Part shown: one piece after another, positions 1 to 12,995 of the stretch
How the letters are laid out: each line of letters starts with the position of its first letter
Numbering within the stretch: the first letter of the stretch is position 1
Assembly: GCF_001194135.2 (NCBI RefSeq)
Contig: NC_069005.1
Coordinates: 29,402,683-29,453,538, forward strand
Direction of reading: 5' to 3'
DNA length: 50,856 nt
Origin: Octopus bimaculoides
Taxonomy: Eukaryota
Made by a program: the position numbers and the translations under genes
Notes under the pieces: model-generated
What the model was told of the DNA's origin: nothing
What the model saw: only the letters and a program-made list of their open reading frames with translations
Databases searched by the model: none

Positions 1-2820
1 CCCCCCCATCTCCTCGAAATTCCCCTTCGTGTTCCGATTTCAAATCCCTATCTCCTCGAAATTAACTTCACCTACTATTCTTTCCAAGATCGATAGAATA
101 GATAGCAATCAAGAAAATACTGGATTAGTTTTAAATCAACTATATTTATAATCCTACTGAGAAACGTTAGCGCGCCAAGCTAAAAATATCTACACATATT
201 TGCTTCTGTTGTTTTCTAGGTTCAAATCACAGCGAGGCCGACTTTACCTGTCGCTCTCTCCCGAGGTTCAAGACCCGTATTCGTCTATTCAATTAATTAC
301 ACTAAATAGTTGTTTTGTACTAATGAGAGGAATCATTTTTATCAAAACATAAACGGTAGAACTCTCAAATACTTTCCTGTTTTTAAATTCCAACCGAAGT
401 TCAAATCCCAATGCCGGAGTCAAATAAAATACCTATCTACCCGAGTCGATTCAGTTGAATTAGACACGTTTTAATTAAACTAACTTTTACATAACGTCCT
501 CCTTATCAACAGGTTAAACAAAAGTTCAACATGCTGACAATGAGTTGAGCACTATCGCCACAACCTCAAAACTGCATATCATTTGGCAAATATCTGCCTC
601 TATCCTCTGAGGGTCTCCAAATGTCATTCTGACCTGGTGATGTCATTGTCATAATAATCAATGATACAACAAATTTCAAAAAAAACAATAAATAAATAAA
701 CGTGTTCGATCTGTCTCGGCCGTTGATGTGTGAGTAACCGTTACATTTCATACCAACAGAATCAACTTGTGTGTGCGACCATGGCCCTCCCACAAATCAA
801 CATTCAAGTGCATAATTTGATAATAATTAAGACCCAGGCATCACCGATCTGAAGAGGGGAGGGAATTAATAAAACAACTTCCTAGTGAATATCACAAAAA
901 TAGCAATTGATTATTTCGATTTTCTCGCAGATTCTGTTAATCTGTCACAATATATTTGTAAACTGGGTATTTGAAATAAAACATATGCTCCCTGTCTCTA
1001 AACACATACACCTGTAGACAGTAAACCATACAAATGAATTTGAATTTATCTTAAAAGAATGATTAATCATCCACCTTTATGAGAACTGAAATAAATGCTA
1101 ACTCATTACTGCCTCCAAATTTATTTATTAATTTATTTACTTTTCCCATTTTTAAGGTAAAATTTTCCAATATGTCTCCCAACGTAGCCACGTGTGGCAG
1201 CTGAGGTGACGGCCAGGCACCTGAACAAAGGCGTCGTTTGATACTACCCCGGGTGGTTGGGGGGCACAGAGGATCGCCGTTGCACATAGCGAAAGAGATG
1301 CTTGGTTTCTTAAAGGGAGTTTTCGGAAAACCAGAAGAAAAGAATTCCTGATTCCTAGCTGGTCTCTTTCTTCACAAGCAAACTTAATGTAAACAAACTT
1401 TGTATGGATGGCAACAAATTCGAAAAAATTGTAACCAGAAAGCATGTTTAACAGCCAGGGTGATCGAATTTTATCAGGAAATTTTTCACGCAAACAGATT
1501 TCGATGATCAAGTGATGAGTATGAACATTGGGTGTAAATAAAAAGAAAGAATTTGAGGAAATCTTAGTCCCTCGATGAGAGCCACTTCACAATATGATTC
1601 TATCAAAAGAGAGGAAAACATTAAGCAAATACATGTTTATGTAAAACTAATGAACGAATAGTAAATAGAGAATGTAGTGGGGAAAATCATAAAAGTAAAA
1701 TAGAAATGTGTTTAAATCCGCTGCAATGTAACACACACATACACACACAGAGACACGAGAGAAAGATTAGGTCGGTTGTGTGAGTAAAAATAATGGCGAT
1801 GACGTAGATTAAACCCGCCGAAGACGAACTGTTTGGATTTCGTGGAAATAAAGTGAAGATGTTTCGAGTCTTCAGATGTTGGGTTGGATAAAACAAAATC
1901 GGGGGGAAACACGGTCAAAGGTGAAGTGATATTAGATTCTTATATAACACGGGTAAGAATGGTAAAAAAAATAATTAAAAAATGCTGGTTGAAACCCATG
2001 CAATTAAAACTATGACGGATTTCGTTTGAAAGCCTTTAAACCCAGCACTCGTTCACATTGTATGCTGTCATTCGTAATAAAAATCATTTGTTTTTATCTG
2101 AGTTGTACTTTATTTTGTTTATGTTTTATTTTTCAACCCTTAAATATTAAGTACTCGTTATTTCCAGCAGAACCACCTAAAGAAGCGATATTCAACCGGT
2201 GCTTTATATTCATTTACATAAAGATTAATTATTATGAAAGCAAAGAAGTGTGATTTATTCAGTGTTTAGAAAATAAACAAAACAAATGCTGCAAAGCTGT
2301 TTTTGATGGCAAGACGCGTGTAATAATAACTTTTCCCCGGCAGAATCAAACGAGGTGAGTATAAATTTCACACAATTCAGGAGTATCACCATTGAATGGA
2401 AACTAAACTCCTTCTTCCACCATTTAATGCGAGAGGGAAAGGAAGAGAAGTACATGTGTGCGTGCGCGCATGTGTGTGTGTGTGTGTAAGTGCATCTACA
2501 TATGTGTGAGTGAGTGAGTGAGTGAAAGGCAGAAAGAGCGCCTGACTACTATTGTGCGCGTTTGTGTGTGTGTATAGCCTATATCTATGTGTGAGTGCGT
2601 GTGTTTGCCTCCGTGTGTATATGTACGTGAACGTTGCTGTCGTTCTCTCCGATATGTATGTGTGTGCGTACACATTCATGTGTATGTGCGTATATTGACC
2701 CACCAATGTGGCCTCACAGTATTGCGTTTTTTTTTTCTTCTTTTTAGAACGATCTGAATCGTTCCTAATTTAACCTGCTTATTAAACTGAATAACCAGCT
2801 TGCTTTACACATACATGTGT

Positions 2821-2866
<46 letters not shown>

Positions 2867-3885
2867 TTTGTTCCAAAAGAACGAAACCATACTTTCTAGC
2901 AATAGACTAACAAGCATTACAAATAATTTTTTTAAAAAACAGGTCATATTTTTTGGCCATTAATGTTCGATAGAGAAATCGCTTAAAAACAACACAAAAA
3001 TGATGGGAGGAAGTATGAGAATTAACCATATATATTCTCACATATATACACACATATAAAGATCGCCATATATATATATATATATATAGGAGAAAGTAGG
3101 GACGAATTAAGGTAAGGGGTAGAAATTGATAACTAATTATTATTATCTAAAAGGACGAAGGGTTTGATTATATGTATGTATGTATGGATAGACACACATG
3201 CATAAATATGTGGAATTGATCGGAGACGACGGTGATATATATACATATATATATACAATGAAAGAGAGAGACAGAGAGAGAGGAGAATGAGTTGATAAAA
3301 TGGTGGATTGGCGACATGGAGACGGAAAGACGGACAACCGAAGAGAAGCAGGCAGTAATAAAAATCTCTTCATTTACATCATATCTCGTCTCTCTCCACC
3401 CACACTCATGTCGGGATTTAGGAAGGTCGAAGTTAGCATGTAATTATTTCTGATTTTTGTTATTAAAACTAATTAAGTAACTTCGTTTTCTTATTTTTTT
3501 CTTTTTACTCCATCTAACCACACCAATATATATATATATATATGAAACCCTGCTTTCCATATATTTTCGAGGTGTGTATATATGTGTATGTATATATATA
3601 TATATGTTGTTCTTTTAAAATGCATACTTATTTAAAACACGACTGTGTTTTCCTTTTCATTCCTCCAAGAATTTATTTTAGTATTCAGGATCTTTCTAAA
3701 TATTTTTCACATGTTTGCTTGGAACAGCAAAAGTTCCTGTGTGTATATAAATATATATGTTTGTCTAAGAATCCGTAAGTCAAGGAAACGTATGCACTAA
3801 TATATTTGCCAATCGGGTTGGATATATACATATAGGTGGGGAGACAGAGAGAGAGAGAGAGCAATGTTCGTGTCCCCAAAACAGA

Positions 3886-3918
<33 letters not shown>

Positions 3919-4462
3919 CGTGTAGATTTATATATAGACATATATGCGAATGTATACATACATATATATATATATACCCGTGTAGATTTATATATAGACA
4001 AATATATGCGGATGTATACACATAAATGGGAAATAGTTTCTCAAATCAAAACATCTAACATTATTATTGTTGAAAAGAAATCTTTATTATTATTATTGGA
4101 TCTTATTAAATAAACAGTCGTAAGTAGTTATGAAGAGTAAATTACGATCGCCTGTGTATGTGTATATATATATGTCTGGGGTGTTTAGAGGAATAAGGGC
4201 TTTCACTCCATTTTTAAAAGCCATCCGTCTCTCTCTCTCTCTCTCTCTTTCTCTCACATACACACACTCTTTCTTTCTCACACACACCATACTCTCTTTC
4301 TCTCTCACACACACACAAGACACTCTCTCTTTCTGTGTCCGATCATCCATTCAGAAAGAACAATAACAGAATATGAAGAACAACAATCAGAAAACAGGAA
4401 TGAAGAAGAAATAATTCCAAGTATATAAAACACACAGACACAATAAATAAAAAAGGATATAC

Positions 4463-4529
4463 CTTCTCCGCCTTCGTCAACTTCCATGTCTTCGGAGAGG
4501 TCGTCGTCTTTCTTTAGACCTCCCGGCAT
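4463..4529 (-). CDS. Candidate first coding exon of an unidentified leftward gene (MPGGLKKDDDLSEDMEVDEGGE)
   Basis: ccaaaATG start context, non-repetitive GC-richer acidic reading frame, ends at AAG|gtatat (phase 1). No downstream exon confidently found. Confidence 0.4.
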
Positions 4530-6359
4530 TTTGGATGTTAAAGAGATGAGAATAAGAGAAGTCTAGTCAAACGGATTATATATCGATGTATATATACCAT
4601 ACATATATATATATATTCACATATATATGCGTGTGTATATATAAATATATATCCTGGTTCCTTTACCCCTTCTACAGTAAAGCTTTCTTTCTTCTGTCTT
4701 TCGTATTATAATATATATAAATATTTATATGATTTGTAGAATCCCAGAAATGTCCTCGTTTCCTTTAACTATTGGAATATAAATATTTTTTTCTCTATTT
4801 TTTCGCAGTGGCTTTTTTTAAGAGAGGTTTTGTTCGCTTTGTCTCAAATTCAATATTCGATTTTCGTCCTTTTTGAAATTGTCAGACTTTATATATAAAC
4901 CTTTGATTTCGTTCTCCGTTTTTAAACGTTGCGTGTCCGCATTTAAAGCCACCACAAATGTAAACGTTGTGTGTCCGCATTAAAGCCACCGCACTGTCTC
5001 ACAACTACTGCTTCTATGGTGGAGAAGAAGCACTGGGCAGCGCCCGCGTACTATTGTCAGGCAGTTGGGAAGCAGTGGAGGAGGCAGTAGGATTTCGACT
5101 GCGAAACAGAGGCTAACAGTATGAGTAGGAGGCGATCGGGCGGCGGTAGTAGGAAATATAACCACGGCAGCAGCAGTAGTAGTGGTAGTAGTAATACTTC
5201 CCCGGAGGGGGAGGTACAAAGACAAGGTTGCTCCCGCGTCCTCTTAGTCTGCAGTTGAGTAACAGTGGAGGAAGAAAATGGTTTCTAGCTGTATATTGTT
5301 ATTGTTAGTAGTAGTAGTAGTGGTAGCAACAGTAGTAGTAGTAGTAATAATAATAATGGTTGCCTACTAGGTTTAACTTCAAAATGAACACCGATTAATT
5401 ATCATGATCTGGCTGCTGGCAAAGTCTTCTGGTGTCTTAAATAAGATTCTAGTAGGGATGAAATGAAATGATTAAACGGGGGAGGGGTTTAAAAATGTCT
5501 ATTTGCAGCAGGGAAGCAGTAGGAAAGCAATGGAACTTTCTTCAATGCTAAGAAAAAAATGGCAAAAGCTGCTGCAGAATGCTGCAAGAGATCTAACATG
5601 TCAAAAAAAAAAAATAGGAATGTTATCGTCTCGAGGGAAGCGATAAGGTCGTTTTGGAAAAAGTACTTTCGCTATGTAGTAGTTTATATTTTATTTAAAG
5701 ACACCGGTAGAGGTGATGAAGTATTAAAAAGAAACAACACCAAGAAAAAGAACTAAGTTAAACAATTAATAATAAGAAGAATNNNNNNNNNNNNNNNNNN
5801 NNNNNNNNNNNNNNNNNNNNNNNNNNNNNNNNNNNNNNNNNNNNNNNNNNNNNNNNNNNNNNNNNNNNNNNNNNNNNNNNNNNNNNNNNNNNNNNNNNNN
5901 NNNNNNNNNNNNNNNNNNNNNNNNNNNNNNNNNNNNNNNNNNNNNNNNNNNNNNNNNNNNNNNNNNNNNNNNNNNNNNNNNNNNNNNNNNNNNNNNNNNN
6001 NNNNNNNNNNNNNNNNNNNNNNNNNNNNNNNNNNNNNNNNNNNNNNNNNNNNNNNNNNNNNNNNNNNNNNNNNNNNNNNNNNNNNNNNNNNNNNNNNNNN
6101 NNNNNNNNNNNNNNNNNNNNNNNNNNNNNNNNNNNNNNNNNNNNNNNNNNNNNNNNNNNNNNNNNNNNNNNNNNNNNNNNNNNNNNNNNNNNNNNNNNNN
6201 NNNNNNNNNNNNNNNNNNNNNNNNNNNNNNNNNNNNNNNNNNNNNNNNNNNNNNNNNNNNNNNNNNNNNNNNNNNNNNNNNNNNNNNNNNNNNNNNNNNN
6301 NNNNNNNNNNNNNNNNNNNNNNNNNNNNAATCATCTGAGTCGGTTCGCCGAAAACTTAC

Positions 6360-6395
6360 CCTTTCCGACGAAACAAACCACACCTTTTTGCCCAT
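6360..6395 (-). other. Candidate exon end with a consensus donor (MGKKVWFVSSER|gtaagt), coding or 5'UTR
   Basis: AGG|GTAAGT at 6360/6354-6359, ATG at 6393-6395, CT-rich leader-like sequence upstream on the minus strand. Confidence 0.3.
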
Positions 6396-6869
6396 AGAAT
6401 ATAGAGATGATAATAATAATAGTAATAATAATAATATACACTAACGACAATTGCAATACACGGAGAAAAGGTTTTTAAATAGTGTAAATCAATTTTAAGA
6501 TGGGGGGGGGGAGAAATGGCGAAAGATAGATGAAAGGAGATAAATAAAGCAAACAGAGGGAGTGGGAGGAAGAGGAGGCTAGCCCAGAGTAGGAGTTGAG
6601 GAAGTAGTAGATTCGCACGGAAGACGATCAGGGTATCCCATAATAGTCATGAGTAGCAGACGGAGGAGGTGAGGCGGGGGACATGGAACCTTGTGGAAGA
6701 TAACGTCACAGATCGATTAATTACTTAACTCCAATACCCGCTAATTACTTTTTGTTAAAGGCCCAATTAAAGTTGCAACCCTTAACTCCTGGAAATGAAG
6801 GAAAAGTCCGGCTTTAGATGGAGTATCCGTTTATTCATGTATACAAACATACTTATGAATCTGTGTATG

Positions 6870-6906
<37 letters not shown>

Positions 6907-8851
6907 GCGCGCGCGCACAGCTACATGTTTGTATGTGTATTTATAAATACACATGTGTATATGTGTGCCTGGGGCCTGAAGTATACAAATAAAAAGGAAA
7001 GATATTGGAAATTGTGTTTATATCTTTCTCAAAGGACCTAGCTGAAATGGTTCCAAATGGTGCTGGAAATTTACCGCCACAAGTAGACATTTTTCCCTTC
7101 CCCCTCCAAACACAATCTCATATATTCACGTAATGTCCCATTAATATATTTTCATGAAATCTGTACTTCACATCTCACACTCTCCTCTCAGACTCCCCCT
7201 CTCATTGTTTCTCTCTTTCTTTCTCTGTCTTTAATAATGCATGTGTGTCAAACCTAACTGGCAAGGTAGATAGATAATATGGTTGACTCTTGGTATGAGT
7301 GATAGAAGTTCAAGTCTTACCAGAGACATTGTATCCTAAAGAAAAGGACAAAAATGTCCAGTTCATTCTACCAAGACAATGTCAGGTACAATGGTTTCAT
7401 TGTGATGCAAGTTAGTAGATTTCTAGTTTTCAAAGCTTATTGCAAACATTAAGTTAAGTAATTGAGCAAGTATCATTTCTGATTTCTTTAGTAAGACTGA
7501 ATGATAGTAGGTCCTTTACACAAAAAGTTTGTAAAGTGATATATTGTTGAAACTTCTTGGACTGAAATATTGTTGGAATTAATACTCTTAGAGAGAAATA
7601 TTGTTGGATTGAAATATTCCAAAATTGGTACAGTTGAACTGTTATTTGAGCTGCCATATTCTTGGACTGATATCAAACTGTAATTCAACTGATGATGCTG
7701 AGATGGAATTGGAATTGTATCAAGTTGATTGCATTGAAATTGTTAAACTATTATTGGGCCAATGTTAGATTAAAGACATGGCCTCCTCTTCCCCTGAGAA
7801 ATCTATTTAATCCATAGACAGGACCCTGACAAGTACTATTTTTCTGGGTTAGAATGGACCTGGAAGTAATGGTAATTAAGGGGAAACTCGACACATCTCA
7901 CAGCTCCAGGACTTCTCAATTGGTACCTCAAACTGTAGTTTAATGTCATACCAAGGATATATGTATGTACGTATGCCTACAGTGAAGTTTCTGCTGCAAT
8001 CTACCAGATCCACTTACAAGGCTCTGGTATGCATGGGCGACTGCTGGTCTTCCATAAACAACCTTACCTGGACTTGTGCCTTGGAGGGGAACTTTCTAGG
8101 TGCAATCCCATGGTCATTCTTGACTAAAAGGGGTCTTTTCTAAGTTCAGTTTAGCCAGATCCAACCTCTCATACCTACCCTATAATGTCTTTCTAAAGAT
8201 GAACAATCACATCATTAAGATCTTGAAGCTATGAGATAAGGCACGATTGGTTCAAAACAATGGGAATAAATAAGTATTGTGTCTGACAGTAATCTGAATG
8301 TTAAAGGGACAAAAACAGCATGTGTAATTAGTAACCTTTATATATTTCAAGCACAAAGGTCCATCATCTGAAGTGAACAGCATAGAGCAGTGTAAGTCTC
8401 TGTAGATCCACACATGTCGATGCTGTACCAGTAGTGACCCTCATTTTGTCTCTGTTAGTTTTTTAGTGGTGGTGCTGGTGCTGGTGGCAATGAGAGAATG
8501 TTGTAGCAGTAGCAGCAGTTTTCCAAAGAGGTAGATGGATAGAAGCTGCTTGAATAGAAATATTTCTTCACATGCAGTTGGGTGCGGTGGGGAGTGTTGC
8601 CGGGGGAGGGGGGAACAATAAAAAGAAATGAAAGTTTTCAGAATTGGTAGAAAAGTGAGTCATTCTCAATTCGTAACCTTAAGAGCAAGAACAAGGCAAG
8701 ACAATTCAACAGAACACACCCATGGAAAGGTGTTTAAAAAAACAGGGATAACAAAGCAAAGTCATATTTCAATGTTAAATAATTGTAATTAAAAAATCTT
8801 TTTTTATAATTCTAAGTAAGTTTTTTTTTATTTTTTGCTAAATTATGTGAT

Positions 8852-8874
8852 TGAGTCACTCATTGAGTGACTCA
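8852..8874. promoter_or_regulatory. Perfect 23-bp palindrome containing two AP-1 consensus sites
   Basis: TGAGTCACTCA-T-TGAGTGACTCA, with TGAGTCA at 8852-8858 and TGACTCA at 8868-8874. Confidence 0.3.
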
Positions 8875-9402
8875 TCTTTCTACCAGTTCTCCTCCTTTCC
8901 CTGTTGTTGTTCTCACCTGTGAGAAGAGTTTCTATAGAAATAGTTTCTATTTCCAAAACCTACCCCACCCACCAATTCCTTTCTTTCTTTCATTTTCTTT
9001 TCTGCTTCTTGCTGTCTGAACGGAGAAGCAGATCTCATAGTTTTTGCAGGCCCTCGAAGAACGCTTGTTTATTAATGAAGAAAAATAGTTATTTTAAAAT
9101 TAAATGAAAAAAGTAGAAAAGTTAAAAACTTCCCACCCATGGTTCCAGGTTCAATCTCACTGCACAGCACCTTGGGCAAGTGTCTTCTACTATAGCTCCA
9201 AACTGACCAACACCTTGTGACTTTGTGCGTGAATTTTGTAGATAGAGACTGCGTAGAAGCCCACCCTCTCTATCTTCTTTTTATCGCTCTCCCTCCCTTT
9301 CTCTTCTGTCTGCTACTGACATGTGACCCATGGCTAGTTTTTCTTCATTCTCTTTTTCACACTGGCCACCCAGTGGTTCGGTCACAAACAAACTTTCTCT
9401 TC

Positions 9403-9478
<76 letters not shown>

Positions 9479-10529
9479 GACAGGCTTCTTTCAGTTTCTG
9501 TCTACCAAATCCATTTGGTCAACCCGAAGCTGTATTAGAAGGCATTTGCCTAAGGTGCTACGCAGTGGGACTGAACCCGGAACCATGTGATTGGTGAGCA
9601 AGCTGCTTACCACACAGCCGCTCTCCTTTTATTTGTTTTAGTCATTAGACTGAGGTCATGCTGGGGCACCACCTTCAAAAACGTTAGTCAAATGAATTGT
9701 CCCCATTACTGTTTCTTTAAGCCCAATATTTACTCTATCAGTCTCTTTTGCCAAACCACTAAGTTATGGAATCATAAACACACCAACACCAGTTGTCAAA
9801 TTGTGTTGGTGGGCGAACACACACACACACACAAGGTTGTGTGGTAAGAAGTTTGCTCCCCAACCACATGGTTCCAGGTTCATTCCCATTGCACGACACC
9901 TTGGACAAGTGTCTTCTAGCATAGCCTTAAGCCAACCGAAGCCTTGTGAGTGGATTGGTTGATGGAAACTGAGAGAAGCCTATTTTGTGTGTGTGTGACT
10001 TTGTGTCTGTATTTGGGTCAAGGCTAAGTCCCAGCCTGGCTGCAATTCAATGACTGACACAAGTAAACAATGCACAATAAAGATAAAGATTAGCGAAATT
10101 ATTTCTATCGGAATATGTTAATGAAAGTCTTTAATAGCAAAAGGATACATCATCAACAACAACAACAGCAACAACAACAACAACAATAGCAACTGCTGAG
10201 TTTTGTAGTTGGCATGGATGAAGGTAAAACAGAGACAAACTGCATGATGGGTAAACCGACAGGCTGGACGGATGGATGGATGGTCAATGGTTAAAAGAAG
10301 CAGAGACATTGTTTAGGAGCAGCAGCCAGTCTTGAAAGATGCAGCTATCTGCAAAGATAGATGCTTAATTCGGCACCAGATTTACAATGGACAAATATTA
10401 TTATTGTCATGACTGGCTACTTCTATGACTCCCCCATTTTTTTTTTCATGGGGATTCTTTGGTGGGGAGTTTTTGTTTTTTGTTTTCTTTTTTTTTTACC
10501 TTTTCAGTTCAATCGATAAAAGGGGGAGT

Positions 10530-11150
10530 AGTTGCTGCACACACACATATACATGCATGCAAACACATACACACGTGCACAAACACATACACATACATGT
10601 GCATGCATAAACACACACACATGCAAGCACAAACACGCACACATAAACTCACACACATGCACATATAGATGCACACACAAACACACACACATGCACATAC
10701 ACATACACTCACACGTGCACACATGCAAACACAAACGTGCACACATGCACACACAAACTGACACACATGCACAAACACAAACACACACTCACAAGCACAC
10801 ACAAATACACACACATGCACACATAAATACACACATCCACACATGCAACCACAAACAGCACACATGCACACACAAACTGATACACAAGCACAAACACACA
10901 CACATGCACATACAAACACACATACATATGCACACACACACACATCAACATATGCATTTTCACATACATACTTTGCATGCACATGCATGCATTAACACAC
11001 ACATATATGAATACATGCACACACATTCTTAGAATGCAATTAATCATACATATAAAAAAAAAACACATACGCACACACACACACAAACATAAGCACACAC
11101 ACACACACACACAGACATACACACTTAAACAAGTAGATAGACACACAAAG
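10530..11150. repeat. Long degenerate (CA)n/ACACATGC microsatellite
   Basis: Direct reading. Similar tracts lie at about 14100-14480 (TG) and 47900-48280 (CA). Confidence 0.9.
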
Positions 11151-11660
11151 TAGATGACTCATGCATATGTCATGAAGAACATCTCACACACACATACACC
11201 TACACAAACACACACATACATATGCAAACACATACACACTCAGCCTCATATATATATATATATCAATATCTATAAAACACAATATATAATATAAAAGGCT
11301 AGAATTGTTGAAAATTTTATCAGTGGCCAGCATATGAAATACAGACCTACTAAGGGGAAATCATAAATACAATTGTAATTAAGGGCATAGAAAAAATTCT
11401 TGCTTATATGCTGAAAGGAGATGCTAATTTATATATGTATATATATGTATAAACAAAATATGAGACTATTTATAGATGTATGTGTGTACTTTTGCAACCT
11501 GCAAGGCATATAGCTTTGGATGTATGCATGTAGATCTGTTTACATATATGCATGAGTACATATGTGTGCGTGTGTGCATGTATGTATGTTTATGTATGTA
11601 CAAACACACAAATATATATATATATACATATATATATATATGTATGTATGAATGTGTGTG

Positions 11661-11709
<49 letters not shown>

Positions 11710-12306
11710 AATTATATATATATATATATATATANNNNNNNNNNNNNNNNNNNNNNNNNNNNNNNNNNNNNNNNNNNNNNNNNNNNNNNNNNNNNNNNNN
11801 NNNNNNNNNNNNNNNNNNNNNNNNNNNNNNNNNNNNNNNNNNNNNNNNNNNNNNNNNNNNNNNNNNNNNNNNNNNNNNNNNNNNNNNNNNNNNNNNNNNN
11901 NNNNNNNNNNNNNNNNNNNNNNNNNNNNNNNNNNNNNNNNNNNNNNNNNNNNNNNNNNNNNNNNNNNNNNNNNNNNNNNNNNNNNNNNNNNNNNNNNNNN
12001 NNNNNNNNNNNNNNNNNNNNNNNNNNNNNNNNNNNNNNNNNNNNNNNNNNNNNNNNNNNNNNNNNNNNNNNNNNNNNNNNNNNNNNNNNNNNNNNNNNNN
12101 NNNNNNNNNNNNNNNNNNNNNNNNNNNNNNNNNNNNNNNNNNNNNNNNNNNNNNNNNNNNNNNNNNNNNNNNNNNNNNNNNNNNNNNNNNNNNNNNNNNN
12201 NNNNNNNNNNNNNNNNNNNNNNNNNNNNNNNNNNNNNNNNNNNNNNNNNNNNNNNNNNNNNNNNNNNNNNNNNNNNNNNNNNNNNNNNNNNNNNNNNNNN
12301 NNNNNN

Positions 12307-12550
12307 ACGGGGACGTAAACACACCAGCATCGGTTGTCAAGCGATGGTGGGGGGGGACAAACACAGACACACAAACACACATACATATATATACACATAT
12401 ATACGACGGGCTTCTTTCAGTTTCCGTCTACCAAATCCACTCACAAGGCTTTGGTTGGCCCGAGGCTACAGTAGAAGACACTTGCCCAAGGTGCGACGCA
12501 GTGGGACTGAACCCGGAACCATGTGGTTGGTAAGCAAGCTACTTACCACA
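12307..12550 (-). mobile_element. Same SINE family, CpG-intact copy abutting an N gap
   Basis: ACGGGGACGTAAACACACC...CA/TA repeats...ACGACGGGCTTCTTTCAGTTTCCGTCTACC...GTGGTAAG. Confidence 0.8.
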
Positions 12551-12814
12551 CGCACATAAACACAAACATACAGACACACATTCATGCAAAAACACACACA
12601 CACACACAAATACACACATATGTAAGTAGAGCATCGGAGAATCTGTGGCAGAAGAAGATCTTTTTTTTTACTCTTTTTTTCTTTTTTTTCTTCTTTTTTT
12701 TTTGTTGTTGATATTTTGCAACACACACATATATATCTATTTGCCCATATTGATCAACTTAAATTTGTTGTTTTGGAGATATGATTTACGTCTATAAGAA
12801 ATGGTGGATAAAAA

Positions 12815-12995
12815 GCAATGATGACGATGACGATGATGACAGTGGTGGTGATAATGATGATGATGGTGATGATTGCAGAAGTAGTAGTAATAGAAGTAGT
12901 AGTAATGGCGGTGGTGGTGATAATAATGGAGAGGATGATGGCAGCAGCAGCAGCAATCGGAGTGGTTATGGTGATGGTGGTGGTGGTGGCGGGGA
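12815..12995. repeat. Mosaic trinucleotide repeat (GAT/GGT/GTA/GCA)
   Basis: Direct reading. Confidence 0.85.

Noticed and set aside
3905-4024. Two about 60-bp tandem copies containing TACCCGTGTAGATTTATATATAGAC
   Set aside because: Ordinary slippage duplication within a (TA)n tract.
5753-6395. Long ORFs spanning N runs (also about 11476-12398, 13272-14003, 16630-17484, 20075-21216, 28244-28909, 44794-45391)
   Set aside because: Their length comes from unknown bases. Only short real exons at some edges are supported.
7540-7700. Cryptic GAAATATTGTTGGA repeats with short minus-strand ORFs
   Set aside because: Too degenerate and short to assign, likely a decayed minisatellite.
10504-11146. Overlapping 94-166 aa ORFs rich in C/V/H/T/Y
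   Set aside because: Translations of CA/TG microsatellite. The same applies at 13843-14764, 19377-19799, 43137-43682 and 47813-48382, apart from the real exon noted at 47693-47819.
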